From positions 373,943-437,942 of the forward strand of contig CAVQYP010000004.1 in NCBI GenBank assembly GCA_963718155.1: a stretch of DNA of 64,000 nucleotides, read 5' to 3'. This DNA comes from Terriglobia bacterium (GTDB lineage Bacteria > Acidobacteriota > Terriglobia > Bryobacterales > Bryobacteraceae). Shown here piece after piece: positions 62,780 through 64,000 of this stretch. Every line of letters begins with the position of its first letter. The stretch's first letter is position 1. A program made the position numbers and the translations under genes. The notes under the pieces are model-generated. The model did not search any database. It saw only the letters and a program-made list of their open reading frames with translations, and was not told where the DNA came from.

Positions 62780-63350
62780 ACGTCAGCCGGTAGCGCTGGC
62801 GATCGCCGGTGTCCGTCCGCCGCAAAGCCTTGGAAACCTCGTGAGTAGTTTTTTCAATGATGCTGCGCCGCCCACGCCGTGGCGGGTTCGCGTCGATGGC
62901 GCCGATTGGGCGCACCCCGAAGGCCCCCATTCCTCCGTTCACACCTGTCCGCACCACCCGTGCGCATGTGTCATGGAACCATGCGCGGCGCATTGCGTGG
63001 GCACGGCATCGGCTTCCCGAATGGGAATATGTCCCTGGGCGGCGAACTGACTCCCGAAGCTCGCGACGGGTGCCGCCGGACGCGCTTGCGCCCAACGGCT
63101 TCGGCCTTTACAGCCCATTGGGCAACGCGTGGGAGTAGTGCGCGGATTTTTTCGATCCCGTTTGGCACGTGGACACGGCCCGGCTCGATCCGGCCGGGCG
63201 ACCGCCCGGCGACCGGAGAGTTATGAAAAGCGGTTCGTACTTGCGTCACGATCCGTATTGCTGGCTGTATCGCCACGCTGCTCGAACGGGAACGCAACCG
63301 GACGCGTAACGGGCATGCCGATAATTCCGATTTTTCGAAGGACTCAATTT
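62780..63350 (+). pseudogene. Formylglycine-generating enzyme (SUMF1/FGE-sulfatase) family remnant, 5'-truncated and frameshifted
   Basis: Fragments VDGADWAHPEGP, HVSWNHA..AWA, LPEWEYV, NGFGLYSPLGNAWEW and MKSGSYLRHDPYC follow the FGE motif order across three frames. There is too little upstream space for the N-terminal roughly 130 aa. Confidence 0.6.
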
Positions 63351-64000
63351 GCGGCGCCGATGGATGCCGATTCACGCCGATCGGAAACGTGGGGCGGTCA
63401 GATATCCCGCGCAAGGCGGAAACCAGTTACTTAAGAAAAACGCGCTCGGGAAAATCAGAAAATCGAGCTACAGGCGCGTAGCGCTTTTTCATCTTCCGTT
63501 GTGGCCAAAGCGTAGCGGCGGCCGTGGGTGAGTCACACGCCTCATCCCGGAAAAATCGCTTTAGGATCAGTCACTTGGTTCGACGCAGGCAAAAATCGCT
63601 CTTTGCGTCTGCCACAATGAGTCCGAAAATGCCTCCCATTCCTCAACGTCAAGCCGGCCGCTCCGTTCTGGCGCATCCGCACGCGTTCAGGTCGCCGGAA
63701 GGCACATCTCCCGACGCGTTTTTTCCAAACAAACTGAACCTAACCTCGGGCAAATACGGAGAAGGCAAATATGGAGACGATTACGCAGAAGCCGCTTACG
63801 CTCGTCCCTCCTCCCCGGCTCAAACTCTCCCAGTGCGCCCGGTTGCGAATCGTCAACCCGCCCCTTTTTTGCCCAAACGAACCCGAGAACTGATAGAAAA
63901 CACAGGAACCGGCGCCGCGACCCCGCCCAAATGCGCCACTCTACGGCCCCGATTTCCCTCCCTGTTCGCCCCATTTGCGATACTCAGGAGCATTAACTGA

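Noticed and set aside
63524-64000. ORF 63524-64000 (+), antisense ORF 63687-63974 (-), and a 40-aa ORF with a GGAGAAGG RBS at 63771-63893.
   Set aside because: There is no recognisable family. The composition is Pro/Arg-rich, and the window ends inside the region. The evidence is insufficient to call any of them a gene.

Overview
GC-rich bacterial chromosomal segment. Gene content suggests Acidobacteriota: CarboxypepD_reg-type TonB-dependent receptors, TIGR03435- and TIGR03790-like proteins, and many secreted hypotheticals. This taxonomy is inference only. I can support about 62 protein-coding loci and found no rRNA, tRNA or CRISPR array. Housekeeping blocks: kbl, rfbD, folE plus two PTPS genes, yicC-gmk-rpoZ-coaBC-udg, pdxR-pdxS-pdxT and deoB-tpiA. 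These are interspersed with accessory genes: VapBC, a HupE operon, a LytS/LytTR/LiaF-like module and a 1173-aa beta-propeller protein with three repeated C-terminal modules. Best candidate for an undescribed system: a tightly coupled three-gene cassette at 54276-57289, directly behind tpiA. It encodes an unknown 254-aa protein, a degenerate P-loop paralogue and an intact P-loop NTPase that looks DUF2791/BrxD-like from memory. Second candidate: an AAA (MoxR/AAA_5-like) ATPase plus a 619-aa DUF5682-like protein (34601-37334), bracketed by about 400-bp non-coding spacers. Other non-genic structure: a roughly 360-bp MITE-like element with imperfect terminal inverted repeats and a 7-bp duplicated site, lying inside a decayed tandem copy of the 5' end of the 1173-aa gene. 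There is also a REP-like hairpin family at convergent gene ends and a triple 15-bp direct repeat in a divergent promoter. About 13 genes are frame-disrupted. The disruptions cluster at 1-1.7 kb, 9.5-13 kb and 59.4-63.4 kb, and the amino-acid sense is preserved across them, which suggests indel errors or very recent decay. All family names come from reading the translations; no searches were run.
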